Source of the DNA: Methanobacteriota archaeon
GTDB lineage: Archaea; Halobacteriota; Bog-38; Methanoflorentales; Methanoflorentaceae
Direction: 5' to 3'
Length of the DNA stretch: 32,000 nucleotides
Assembly (NCBI GenBank): GCA_963720465.1
Contig: OY970393.1
Span: 1,434,234 to 1,466,233, forward strand
Of this stretch, positions 9,651 to 18,621 are shown piece after piece. Under the pieces are notes generated by a model that worked only from the letters and a program-made list of their open reading frames with translations, did no database searches and was not told the origin of the DNA. How positions within the stretch are numbered: the stretch's first letter is position 1; each line of letters begins with the position of its first letter. The position numbers and the translations under genes are program-made.

Positions 9651-11684
9651 ATGGCCGGCATTTCCACAATGAGCAGGATAGTTCTCGCGCTTGCGCTGAT
9701 TATCATCATTGCGTTCAGCTCAGTCGCTGGCACGTTTTGTTTTGCGGTGCGGGACACTGGAGCGAAAGGAGCGGTGCCAACTGTCAGTGAGGCTGACACG
9801 TCGCTTGTCCAGGCAAGCAGCCTGAAGTTCAAAGGGTTCTCGTACGTCTCGTTCGCACCAAACGAACTCGCTTCAGCCGGTTCCAACTCGTCGCTGAACG
9901 CTCTGAAGAGCACAGGAGCCAATTACGTCTCCGTGATCGTCACCCAGTTTGTCTCTTCGCCCACATCAGCCGTTATTTTTCCTGATTCCCGATGGACCCC
10001 GACTGACGCTGCCGTGATCGATGCCATCAGAGACGCCCACGCGCGCGGGATGGGCGTCCTTCTCAAACCGCAATTGGGTTGCGAAAACTTATCGTACAGT
10101 GCGGGCAATCTAGCCCCTACGCAGCCGGCCGCGTGGTTTGCGAATTATACGACGTTTATCGACCACTATGCGCGAATCGCCCAAAACAACGGCGTGGAGC
10201 TGTTCTGCGTGGGCTGCGAATTGCACCAGCTTGACACGAGCACGTACTATGCGAACTGGCGCACCGTGATAAGCGGGGTGCGAGCAATCTACCACGGGCC
10301 GCTCACCTACGCGGCCGACAACCTCGGGTACGCGCAGGTCCCCTTCTGGGGGTTGCTCGACTACGCGGGAATCGACGCGTACTTCCCTCTGAGCAACGCG
10401 ACAACGCCTTCCGTGGCTGACCTTGTTGGCGGGTGGTCTCATTATGTCGATTCCGACGGAACGCACAACTGGACCAATGACATCGAGACGTGGCAAGTGA
10501 CCGTGCACAAACCGGTGATTTTCACCGAGATCGGATACCGGAGCATCGACTACGCCGCGCAGGATCCCGGAAATTGGGCTATAACGGGAGTGTACAATGG
10601 AAATGCGCAGGCCAACTGCTATGCTGCAGCCTTGCAGGTATTTGCCAACAAGCCGTGGTTTGTGGGGATGTTCTGGTGGGATTGGTTGCCCAATCCAAAT
10701 GCAGGAGGTGCCGGCAATACCGACTACACCCCGCAATATAAGCCCGCCCAGGACGTCTTAACCTCGTATTGGAATCCGAACCTCACCGCTACCGCGCTCA
10801 CCCTCACCGCGTCCACCGCCACTCCCGTCGTCAACCAGTCAGTCACCTTCAACGCCACGTTGAGCAGCGGTGGAACGCCCCTCTCAGGAGAAAACGCCAC
10901 CATCTACCACTACCTCAACAACGTCCGCTACAACGACACCACCAACGTCACCAACTCCACCGGCCAGGTCACGGTCACCACGAGCTTTGGCTCTCCCGGT
11001 ACACGCACCTACTACGCCACCTTCGCTGGCGACAGCTCCTATCAGAATTCGACAAGCACCGTCGTCACCGTTAACGTCACCAAGATGCCGACCGCTCTCA
11101 CCCTCACCGCGTCCAACTCCACCCCCATCGTCAATCAGCAGGTCACCTTCAACGCCACCTTGAGGAGTGGTGGAACGCCTCTCCCAGGAGAAAACGTCAC
11201 CATCTACCACTACCTCAACAACGTCCGCTACAACGACACCACCAACGTCACCAACTCCACCGGCCAGATCAGCCTCACCACGAGCTGGGCCTCCACCGGA
11301 AACCGCACCTACTACGCCACCTTCGTCGGTGACAGCTCCTATCAGAACTCGACGAGCCCAGTCGTGACGATCACCGTCACCGTCGGACAGACGCAGATCA
11401 CCCTCACCGCGTCGAACACCACCCCCGCGGTCAACCAACCCGTCACCTTCACCGCCACCCTCACGAACGGCACAACGCCCCTCTCAGGAAAGATCATCAC
11501 CATCTATCACTACCTCAACAGCGTCCGCTACAACGACACCACCACCACCACCAACTCCACCGGCCAGGTTACCGACACTACGAGTTGGGGCTCCGCCGGA
11601 AACCGCTCCTACTACGCCACGTTCGCCGGTGACAGCTCCTATCTAACATCGACGAGCACGGTCTTGACAATCACCGTTCAGTAG
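9651..11684 (+). CDS. Secreted or anchored surface protein: clan GH-A-like (beta/alpha)8 glycoside-hydrolase-like domain plus three Ig-like repeats, very rich in N-X-S/T
   Basis: The ORF opens at TTG 9576. ATGs at 9651 and 9669 precede the hydrophobic anchor IVLALALIIIIAFSSVAG. TIM-barrel-like strand pattern: GANYVSVIV, GMGVLLKPQL, VELFCVGCELHQ, KPVIFTEIGYRS, FVGMFWWDW. The C-terminal 300 aa form three 100-aa repeats. Confidence 0.9.
   Translation: MAGISTMSRIVLALALIIIIAFSSVAGTFCFAVRDTGAKGAVPTVSEADTSLVQASSLKFKGFSYVSFAPNELASAGSNSSLNALKSTGANYVSVIVTQFVSSPTSAVIFPDSRWTPTDAAVIDAIRDAHARGMGVLLKPQLGCENLSYSAGNLAPTQPAAWFANYTTFIDHYARIAQNNGVELFCVGCELHQLDTSTYYANWRTVISGVRAIYHGPLTYAADNLGYAQVPFWGLLDYAGIDAYFPLSNATTPSVADLVGGWSHYVDSDGTHNWTNDIETWQVTVHKPVIFTEIGYRSIDYAAQDPGNWAITGVYNGNAQANCYAAALQVFANKPWFVGMFWWDWLPNPNAGGAGNTDYTPQYKPAQDVLTSYWNPNLTATALTLTASTATPVVNQSVTFNATLSSGGTPLSGENATIYHYLNNVRYNDTTNVTNSTGQVTVTTSFGSPGTRTYYATFAGDSSYQNSTSTVVTVNVTKMPTALTLTASNSTPIVNQQVTFNATLRSGGTPLPGENVTIYHYLNNVRYNDTTNVTNSTGQISLTTSWASTGNRTYYATFVGDSSYQNSTSPVVTITVTVGQTQITLTASNTTPAVNQPVTFTATLTNGTTPLSGKIITIYHYLNSVRYNDTTTTTNSTGQVTDTTSWGSAGNRSYYATFAGDSSYLTSTSTVLTITVQ
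10791..11681 (+). repeat. Three tandem 300-bp coding repeats (Ig-like domain units) inside the surface-protein gene
   Basis: The units start with acc gc(g/t) ctc acc ctc acc gcg tc at 10791 and 11091, and with acg cag atc acc ctc acc gcg tc at 11391, giving an exact 300-bp period. Long identical blocks include atctaccactacctcaacaacgtccgctacaacgacaccaccaacgtcaccaactccaccggccag. Confidence 0.95.
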
Positions 11685-12583
11685 TCCAGACACGCGAGCG
11701 ATGGCGTTGTTTGCGCACAAAGCACGAGACGACCGCGAAGACCAACAATACCAGCTGGTATTCGCTCATAAGGGCAGCCAAACTTCGGCACCTATGAGTT
11801 CCTTACGAAGAATCACGGAAGCGCCACGTACACCTCGTCGACGGCGACATAATACGCCTTAGGTGACGGTAATGGCGAGTGAGGTAGAGGTCGCATCCCA
11901 GCCCACGCGTTCTTTTGGCCATACCCCTAGCGCCTAACGGATGGTTTCTTTTTTCGAATTAAAGGTATTAGCGTGTACAGAGTGCCATCTCTCGTTACCG
12001 GTTTCAGACCGAGCCTTATCATATCTTCTGACACGCTCGTAGGCGTCATGGTTTCACTCGTTAGCAGATCCGAATCCCATTCTGGCGAGCAGGCTGCGCG
12101 TGCTGTTTCGAGCTCACGTACTCTTTCTGCACGTCTCCGACGAGCGTACGACTAACCTCAACGCGCTTCTAGCGTATGACCGTAAACCACTCGGTCCGCT
12201 CGCACGATCAACGTAAGAAGGTTCGCAGTGCGCTGTGCTGCTGTTCTTTCACAAAAACGAACACGAATAGAAACGGGTTGGAAGCGGAGGCTTTAAATCT
12301 GTTTGTCGATACAAAAAAAATGAACTCGCTTATGCGAATTGCTCGCCTACGTCGCCGAAATACACGCGGATACGTCTTCGCACGTAAGCAGAGCACTCAA
12401 CAACAAATGGCGTGCAGATGAGCGCGACAAACGTATCCTCAGATGATTGCGGACATCCTCACGATACGTCGCGATGGGACGACACCCCAGAGCCTTGGCA
12501 CAATACAGAAACCGAAACGCAAGCGGCTGCGGGGGGCTGGCCGTGCGTGGTTCTGAACTAGGTTTATCGTTTTTTAGGGTAAC

Positions 12584-14035
12584 GTGAGTGACTACGAGCT
12601 TTTGGTCAAACGAATCGGGCTGACAGGACTGGCCAGCGTTGTGGTCCAGTTCAGTCCTGTTCTCTTGCTGCCGATCCTGACGAAGATCCTGACCATTCAG
12701 GATTACGGGATCTGGTCGTTAATCGTCGTTACAGCGGGCTTTGTGCCAATGGTGGTGACGTTAGGCCTACCGAGTTCCATGGTACGGTTTCTAGCTCCGG
12801 TAAAAAACAACGATGAGATACGCGAAGGGTACTACTCTATCACTCTCGCTGTTCTCGGTGCCGGCTTTGTTGTGAGTTTAGTTCTCCTCGTGTTTGCGCA
12901 ATCGATCGCTACAAATTTGTTCGGCAATAATCTTAACGTTGCCCTCTTACTTCCATTAATCACGTTTGCGGCCTCTTACATTGCTGTGCCACAGACTTAT
13001 TTCAGGACATTTCAACAGGCGAAACGATATACGATTGTCTCATTTCTTCAGGCTGCTCTCTACGTTATACTCGTCGCAGCGTTCGTCGTGTTTGGTCTCG
13101 GACTCGTCGGGGCTGCTTTCGCGTATCTCATCAGCTTGGTGCTCATAGCCCTGATCTCGACCTTTTACGTCCTGAGAGATATCGGGGTGACCATACCGAG
13201 TTTCGCTGAGCTAAAGGCGTATTTAAAATACGGCCTACCTTTTGTGCCCGGCAACGTCTCGAGTTGGGCGTTAGGTGTAAGCGATCGGTACATCATTACG
13301 TTCTTCTTGGGTGTCGCTTGGGTTGGTTACTACTCTCCAGGGTACCAGCTTGGTTGGATGATAACTGTCTTAGCGATGCCCTTTACGATCCTAGCTCCGA
13401 CGGCCATCTACGAGTATTATGACGCAAACCACATAGCGGAGGTGAAGACGATTATCAGGTACTCCATAAAATACTTCCTCGCAGTTGCCGTGCCCGCAGC
13501 TTTCGTGCTTTCAGTTCTGTCGAAGCCCATACTGCTGGTACTAACTACCCCAGCAATAGCTGCGAACGGCTATCTGATCACGCCGTTTACCGCGTTTAGC
13601 TCTCTGCTGTTTGGAGTGTGGTCCATAATCATGATCGTGCTCACCTTTGAAAAAAGGACGGCGATCATCGGCATGATGTGGATCCTAGGTGCGGTATTAA
13701 ACATCGGCCTTAATCTGATCCTCGTTCCATATTTTGGAATCATAGCTGCGGCCCTGACGACGGTGCTGGGCTACGGCTTTGTTTTCGGGGTTACCGCGAT
13801 TTATTCTGTTCGACACATGACGCTCGATGTAGATTTTGGGTTCATTTTAAAAAGTATTTTTGCATCGGTCGTGGTATCGTCGTTTGTTCTGGTATGGCAC
13901 GCCTCCGGATTGTTGAGCGTCTCAGCCCTGATCGTGATCTGCGCCGCCGCCTACACCGCGATCCTGTTTGTCCTCAAAGGATTTACGGCAAGCGAAATAC
14001 GATTCTTCAGCGGTTTTCTCGCGAGAGAGAGATGA
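12584..14035 (+). CDS. Oligosaccharide/polysaccharide flippase, Wzx-like (MOP superfamily), copy 1
   Basis: 483 aa, about 12-14 TM, GTG start. The N-terminus (LVKRIGLTGLASVVVQFSPVLLLPILTKILTIQDYGIW) is typical of polysaccharide biosynthesis (PST/Wzx) proteins. Confidence 0.88.
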   Translation: MSDYELLVKRIGLTGLASVVVQFSPVLLLPILTKILTIQDYGIWSLIVVTAGFVPMVVTLGLPSSMVRFLAPVKNNDEIREGYYSITLAVLGAGFVVSLVLLVFAQSIATNLFGNNLNVALLLPLITFAASYIAVPQTYFRTFQQAKRYTIVSFLQAALYVILVAAFVVFGLGLVGAAFAYLISLVLIALISTFYVLRDIGVTIPSFAELKAYLKYGLPFVPGNVSSWALGVSDRYIITFFLGVAWVGYYSPGYQLGWMITVLAMPFTILAPTAIYEYYDANHIAEVKTIIRYSIKYFLAVAVPAAFVLSVLSKPILLVLTTPAIAANGYLITPFTAFSSLLFGVWSIIMIVLTFEKRTAIIGMMWILGAVLNIGLNLILVPYFGIIAAALTTVLGYGFVFGVTAIYSVRHMTLDVDFGFILKSIFASVVVSSFVLVWHASGLLSVSALIVICAAAYTAILFVLKGFTASEIRFFSGFLARER

Positions 14036-14158
14036 TGCGTGTAAAAATTATTTAGAGCGAAAACGTGGTCAAGCTGTCAGTAGCTCTAGGCGCTTTCGTT
14101 TCGAGATCAAAAAGGCCTCACGCAACGCGTCAAGTTCCATCGCCTTGAGGTTAGCGAC

Positions 14159-14290
14159 CTATTCCTCGCAATCAATGAGCCAGTTCGCTATTGTTTGTCG
14201 TCGTATGCCGACGAGCTCTGCGATCGCGTTTAGTGAATTACCATGCGCACGAAGCTCTATAACCCTCAGTTTCGTATCTAAGTTGTTCAT
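14159..14290 (-). CDS. Orphan 43-aa helix-turn-helix ORF (resolvase/transposase-N-terminal-like), possibly a remnant
   Basis: MNNLDTKLRVIELRAHGNSLNAIAELVGIRRQTIANWLIDCEE has the HTH pattern seen at the N-termini of IS transposases and resolvases. It ends at TAG 14159-14161 and lies in a gene-poor stretch. No catalytic domain follows. Confidence 0.4.
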   Translation of the reverse strand: MNNLDTKLRVIELRAHGNSLNAIAELVGIRRQTIANWLIDCEE

Positions 14291-15285
14291 GGAGCACCTC
14301 GTGCGCGCCTGTGGAGCGTGCTCGCAAAATGCGCCCTTACAAAAGAGCACGCAGCGCCGGGCCCCACGCTCTCAATGCCGCGCTGCGACTCATTGGCTCG
14401 CGCGACGCGTTCCTTCTTGATTTCTTCATTTCTAACACTCCTCAATCTTCTGTTTCTAATTGCCTCGCGGCATCGGCCGACTTGTCGACCGTATTTTTCG
14501 AGCAGCGTACGAGTCGGGCGCAAACTGGTGCGGCGAGTTATGCTCTCCGCTTTCCAGCTCTTTCGATTTATGCACAACCATTTCGCTTTTTACTGCTCTT
14601 ATTTGAAGCGAATTGCGCCAAAAAGCGCATTCAGTGCTCAAATCGTATTTGGCGAGCGTATTTCGCTCCTAAAAATAAGATGAATGTCTCAACGATAAAC
14701 TTTTAGGTAGCATGCTAAAGATTGCTATGGTTATGCAGCGCGCGTGCGCCAGCCGGGGGTCTGCAAAGCACAAATAACCTCTCTACTGTTTAACGATCCT
14801 CACGGAATGTAATTTAATCTATAAAAATCTTTTAATAAAAAATTGGAAATGCAAAGCGAGCTCCAATGGCGCTCGTGCGAATGAGATCACAAAGACTGAC
14901 ATAGAAGGCATCAAACAGAGAATCGGCAAAATAGTCGATTCGTGCACAGGGTGGTCAACGGCGTGCTTAGAACAGGCCCCGCAGTGAGGTCTATTCACTC
15001 TGAAAGGCTCGGTCAGCGCGTTAACAGTCATTTCTGAAAGGGTCACTTAGCTCGCAAATGAGTAAGATTTAGAATTAATTATAAAAATAACTCAATAATA
15101 TGAAAAAGTGAGGCACGGGGTGAAAGGAACGAAGAACGAGATCACTTCCTTGTGGGTGCGCCCCACGTGAAAATGAAACCTGGTTAACTTTTGGTGCGGT
15201 TTTGGTGCGGTTCTTATGCCTGGTCGTCCCCGGTCAGGTGATGCACAGCATCAAATGCACGCGATTGAACTGGTGCCTACACGGG

Positions 15286-15814
15286 CTACGCCAACAACGC
15301 CTTCCGCACTTCCTGCGCGTTTTCCTTAGTCGTCAGCACTTCCACAAGGTCGATGGCAAAGTCAATAGCGGTTCCCGGGCCCTGGCTGGTGATGATGGTT
15401 ACCGTGCCGCACGACGCGCTCTTCTACGCGCTGCGCGCCCGGGATGTCGATCCCTGGATAACACGTCGCCTTCGCCCCTCCCATGATACCCGCCACCCCG
15501 AGCACGTGCGGGGCAGCACAAATCGCGCCGACGTATTTGCCGGCGTCGTACGCTGCGCGTATGAGGCTGAGAACGCGTTGATCGCGCTCGAGGTTGACGT
15601 ACCCAGGGCTCCCGCCCGGAAGGACGAGGGCGTCGTACGTCGTAACGTCGTCAATAGAGAGATCGGGCACGACTTTGATCCCGTGCCCACCCTCTATGGG
15701 CGGAGGTGCAATCCCGGCGAGGAGGACAGCGATGCCCGCACGGCGCAGCACGTCAACGATCGTGACCGCTTCCAGCTCCTCAAACCCGGGGGCGAGAAGG
15801 ACAACTACGTTCAT
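15286..15814 (-). pseudogene. DJ-1/PfpI (ThiJ) family protein, interrupted by a 1-nt indel near 15397-15403
   Basis: MNVVVLLAPGFEELEAVTIVDVLRRAG...ALVLPGGSPG...YVGAICAAPHVLG carries the nucleophile-elbow Cys. The annotated frame ends in ...VVRHGNHHHQPGPGNRY*. The adjacent frame reads the canonical (V)TIITSQGPGTAIDFAIDLVEVLTTKENAQEVRKALLA* down to TAG 15286-15288. The span is 529 nt, one more than a multiple of three. Confidence 0.85.
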
Positions 15815-15980
15815 AGGTCTACCTCAGGGCTTCAAGCTCTTAAGCGTTTTCGACGCTCGGGGCGGCAGCCTCGCCTGGGAGCCGCGCTCGTTTGCAGCGC
15901 CGTTGTCCGCAAGTAAAGTCACCCCCTAGCTGTCGCAAGGAGGCTTCTCGCTTGATTTAGCTAAATACGATCTGTACAAG

Positions 15981-15988
15981 TTTATATA
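15981..15988 (+). promoter_or_regulatory. Candidate archaeal TATA box for flippase copy 2
   Basis: TTTATATA lies 36-43 nt upstream of ATG 16024, in the divergent intergenic region between the DJ-1 gene and the flippase. Confidence 0.45.
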
Positions 15989-16023
15989 CCAAATTGCAGT
16001 AAGTTCAACCTGGTTCCCCTACG

Positions 16024-17313
16024 ATGTCACCTAAAGATTTTGCGTACCGCTTGCTCAGCACACCGTATGAGTTCATCTTTAAGGAAGGATTGGAGCATCG
16101 AACCGCAGAATTTTTCTTGAGCACGTCGTACGTGGCGATCGGAACGCTCTTTGGATCGGCGCTGACCTTTATTTTCCTCATCCTTGGGGCGCGCATCTTA
16201 GGACCCCAAGGGTTTGGCGATCTGAGCCTCGTCATGTCAATAAGCCTCATTGTTGGAATCTCGATGGGGCTCAACCTGGTCGCGACCGTCAACTATGGTT
16301 CTGGAGCACACGACGATTCAGTTCGGACTAAAATAATCTCAACCGCGTCTATTGAAGCGCTGCTGCTTGTCACCGCTTCCACGACGGTCTTCGCCCTCCT
16401 TTCTCCGCAACTATCCTACCTGCTGGGGGTCTCTGCGGCCGTATTCCTCTTCGCCGTTGCATATGGCGCGGCCTTTACGTGTTACACATTTGCGATGAAT
16501 GCTCTGAGAGTGGTATTCAGCATGAAGGCGTATGCGCTTTCCGCCGCTGCCCAGTCGGTAGTGTGTCTTGCGCTTTTCCTCGCCCTTGTCACGGACGGCA
16601 TGAAGTCGTGGCAATCGGCGGCGTACGCGCTGTCAGTGTCAAATCTGGCAGTCAGCCTCATCGTGATTTTCTACGTCAGAGCTCATCTGACGCGTCACTT
16701 CGACTGGCATTGGGCGCGAAGAATAATGCGCTACTCGTCCTTTGCGGTCCCTGGATTGATTGCTGTGGCATTCATGGGGCTCGATCGGATACTCATCAAT
16801 CTATTTATGACAACCGCTGCGGTGGGACTGTATAACGCGTATTTCCTGCCGTCAATAACTGTAGCGGCGACGCTCTGGGGTATCGTTAACACCACCTTTT
16901 TCCCCTATGCATCGCGAAGCAAGGATAAGCTGGCGCTTCTGCTCAAAATAAACACAGTGACACCGTATTTGGCCGTTGTGCTTGTGCCGCTCATCGTTTG
17001 TGCGGAAGTGATCGCCTTCGTTCTCTATGGGCACCAGTACGCATTCAGCCTGCAACTATCGTTCTTTTTTGCACTCGCGGCAACCGTGTATGTTGTTTTT
17101 CTAGGCTACACGTGGCTTGCGGCATCGGTCGGTGCGAGTGGAGCAAAAATGAGCACCGTGTGCAACGTCCTTGCGCTGCTTGTGTTGATATGTCTGGACG
17201 TCGTATTAATTCCGCGTATTGGCATCCTGGGCGCAGCGATCACGCTCATCTTTTCATATTTAGTGCCCACCGTGTTTCTCTATTCACGAAAGCAATTTTG
17301 GGCGCGGATTTAA
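16024..17313 (+). CDS. Oligosaccharide/polysaccharide flippase, Wzx-like (MOP superfamily), copy 2
   Basis: 429 aa and polytopic. It has the same architecture as copy 1 (FFLSTSYVAIGTLFGSALTFIFLILGARILGPQGFGDLSLV...). Stop is TAA at 17311-17313. Confidence 0.88.
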   Translation: MSPKDFAYRLLSTPYEFIFKEGLEHRTAEFFLSTSYVAIGTLFGSALTFIFLILGARILGPQGFGDLSLVMSISLIVGISMGLNLVATVNYGSGAHDDSVRTKIISTASIEALLLVTASTTVFALLSPQLSYLLGVSAAVFLFAVAYGAAFTCYTFAMNALRVVFSMKAYALSAAAQSVVCLALFLALVTDGMKSWQSAAYALSVSNLAVSLIVIFYVRAHLTRHFDWHWARRIMRYSSFAVPGLIAVAFMGLDRILINLFMTTAAVGLYNAYFLPSITVAATLWGIVNTTFFPYASRSKDKLALLLKINTVTPYLAVVLVPLIVCAEVIAFVLYGHQYAFSLQLSFFFALAATVYVVFLGYTWLAASVGASGAKMSTVCNVLALLVLICLDVVLIPRIGILGAAITLIFSYLVPTVFLYSRKQFWARI

Positions 17314-17440
17314 AAATGAGGCAAAACAGTCTCGAATCACAACCCTTAGTATCGCAGCGTAGACGTGTGGAAGTAGCAGGGCGGAGAATAACCAAGCATC
17401 CCATTGCTGGGATTAACGTCAAACGAAAGACCTTTCTCAA

Positions 17441-18157
17441 TCACGTGGGGTTCGCTAGGCGTCTCGGGGCCAACCATAGCACCATCCTCAGCGCCTTGAC
17501 AATCTCGTTCCTGGAGATCTTGGAGGCCCCCATGCGGCGATCTTGGAAAATGATAGGCACCTCCCCAACCTTCCAACCCAGTCGCTCAACTCTGAAAAGC
17601 ATTTCGAACAAGAAAGAATAGCCGCTCGATTTGATGCTATCTAAATCTAGGCTCTCTAATGCCTGGCGGCGATAACAACGAAAACCTGCCGTCGTGTCAT
17701 GGGCGTGCAGCCCCAGTAGTACACGTGTGATCGTATTCGCGCTCCAACTGACAACTTTGCGATCGAGAGTCTGCGTGGACCGCCCACCCCGCACGTAGCG
17801 CGACCCGATGACGAGATCGTACCCCTGGTTGATTTTGTCCACGATATCGGCAACACAACGGGGGTTGTGGGAAAAATCGGCGTCCATCGAACAAACGAGA
17901 TCGGCTCCTTCGGCCAGCGCCTCTTTAAAGCCGGCGATGCAAGCTGTGCCTAGCCCCAGCTTGCCAGGATGGTGAATGACGCTCACTCGTCCGGCATTTT
18001 CCGCAGCTAACCAGTCGGCGATTTCGCCGGTGCCGTCGGGAGAATTATCATCCACCACAATGATGTGCATTCTCATCGGCAGAGCGAGTAACTGGGTCAC
18101 CAGAGACACAATATTTTCTTTTTCGTTATAGGTCGGAACGATAACAGAGACCTGCAT
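17441..18157 (-). CDS. Polyprenol/dolichol-phosphate mannose synthase-like glycosyltransferase (GT2, Dpm1-type)
   Basis: VSVIVPTYNEKENI, IIVVDDNSPDGTGEIA, VCSMDADFSHNP, DLVIGSRYVRGG, DTTAGFRCYRR and SSGYSFLFEM match the soluble Dpm1/Ppm1-type signature end to end. Confidence 0.92.
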   Translation of the reverse strand: MQVSVIVPTYNEKENIVSLVTQLLALPMRMHIIVVDDNSPDGTGEIADWLAAENAGRVSVIHHPGKLGLGTACIAGFKEALAEGADLVCSMDADFSHNPRCVADIVDKINQGYDLVIGSRYVRGGRSTQTLDRKVVSWSANTITRVLLGLHAHDTTAGFRCYRRQALESLDLDSIKSSGYSFLFEMLFRVERLGWKVGEVPIIFQDRRMGASKISRNEIVKALRMVLWLAPRRLANPT

Positions 18158-18274
18158 AGTCTCCTACACTCTCTACTGACATTTTATCTCGATTTCTGTC
18201 CTTGCCTTATTTTATCATAGCAGGCTGTATCCGCGAGTTTGCCGCTATCGGAATAGCGGCTTGACATCTGTGGC

Positions 18275-18402
18275 ATCGTTAACGCCACCTGTTTCCCTTA
18301 TGCATCGCGAAGCACCGGATAAATTGGCGCTCCTCCTAAAAATAAACACAGTGACACCGTATTTGGCTGTTGTGCTTGTGCCGCTCATCGTTTGTGTGGA
18401 AG
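18275..18402 (+). pseudogene. Degenerate fragment of a Wzx-like flippase gene (duplicate of 16882-17008)
   Basis: Hand alignment to 16882-17008 gives 11 substitutions plus one 1-nt indel over ~127 nt. The fragment contains an in-frame TAA (…agc acc gga taa) and a frameshift. The flanking sequence is unrelated to the flippase. Confidence 0.8.
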
Positions 18403-18621
18403 CGGGCCTGATACAGAACCGGGCCAGCAATTCCAACGGAGTTATCGCCTTCAAGAGTGGCGATGAACTCACGTGCGATTTTAGGGTATTTGAGCAGTGC
18501 CAACGACGATCGTCAAGCCCCCGATCAGCAGTTCGCTCGCTGTCTGCCTACACGGGTCCTCTTATGTCGTGTCGACCAATGGATATAAGTGACGGCGGCT
18601 ATTCTCTGTTAAGGTACCGCG

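Noticed and set aside
10769-11438. Pro/Thr/Arg-rich ORFs in alternative frames and on the minus strand across the repeat region (10769-11074, 10870-11163, 11167-11367, 10884-11438)
   Set aside because: They are shadow ORFs created by the GC-rich, stop-poor 300-bp repeats of the real gene. They are low-complexity, overlap each other and have the same periodicity.
10791-11681. Diversity-generating retroelement (template/variable repeat) explanation for the three repeats
   Set aside because: The window has no reverse transcriptase. The repeats are in-frame domain units of one protein, and the differences between units are not restricted to adenine positions.
14159-14161. In-frame TAG after the HTH ORF as a possible pyrrolysine or read-through codon
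   Set aside because: TAG ends at least seven other well-supported genes in this window (for example 9060, 11684, 28329, 29854, 30364), so it acts as an ordinary stop. The 29-codon open extension is not statistically surprising.
14287-14577. 96-aa minus-strand ORF whose TGA overlaps the HTH ORF ATG (ATGA)
   Set aside because: The translation is Arg-rich and non-globular, and three other ORFs overlap it on the opposite strand. The overlap is likely coincidental.
15189-15210. Exact tandem TTTTGGTGCGG x2, considered as a mini-repeat or CRISPR-like element
   Set aside because: There are only two 11-bp copies with no spacers, so it is most likely a simple slippage duplication downstream of the DJ-1 gene.
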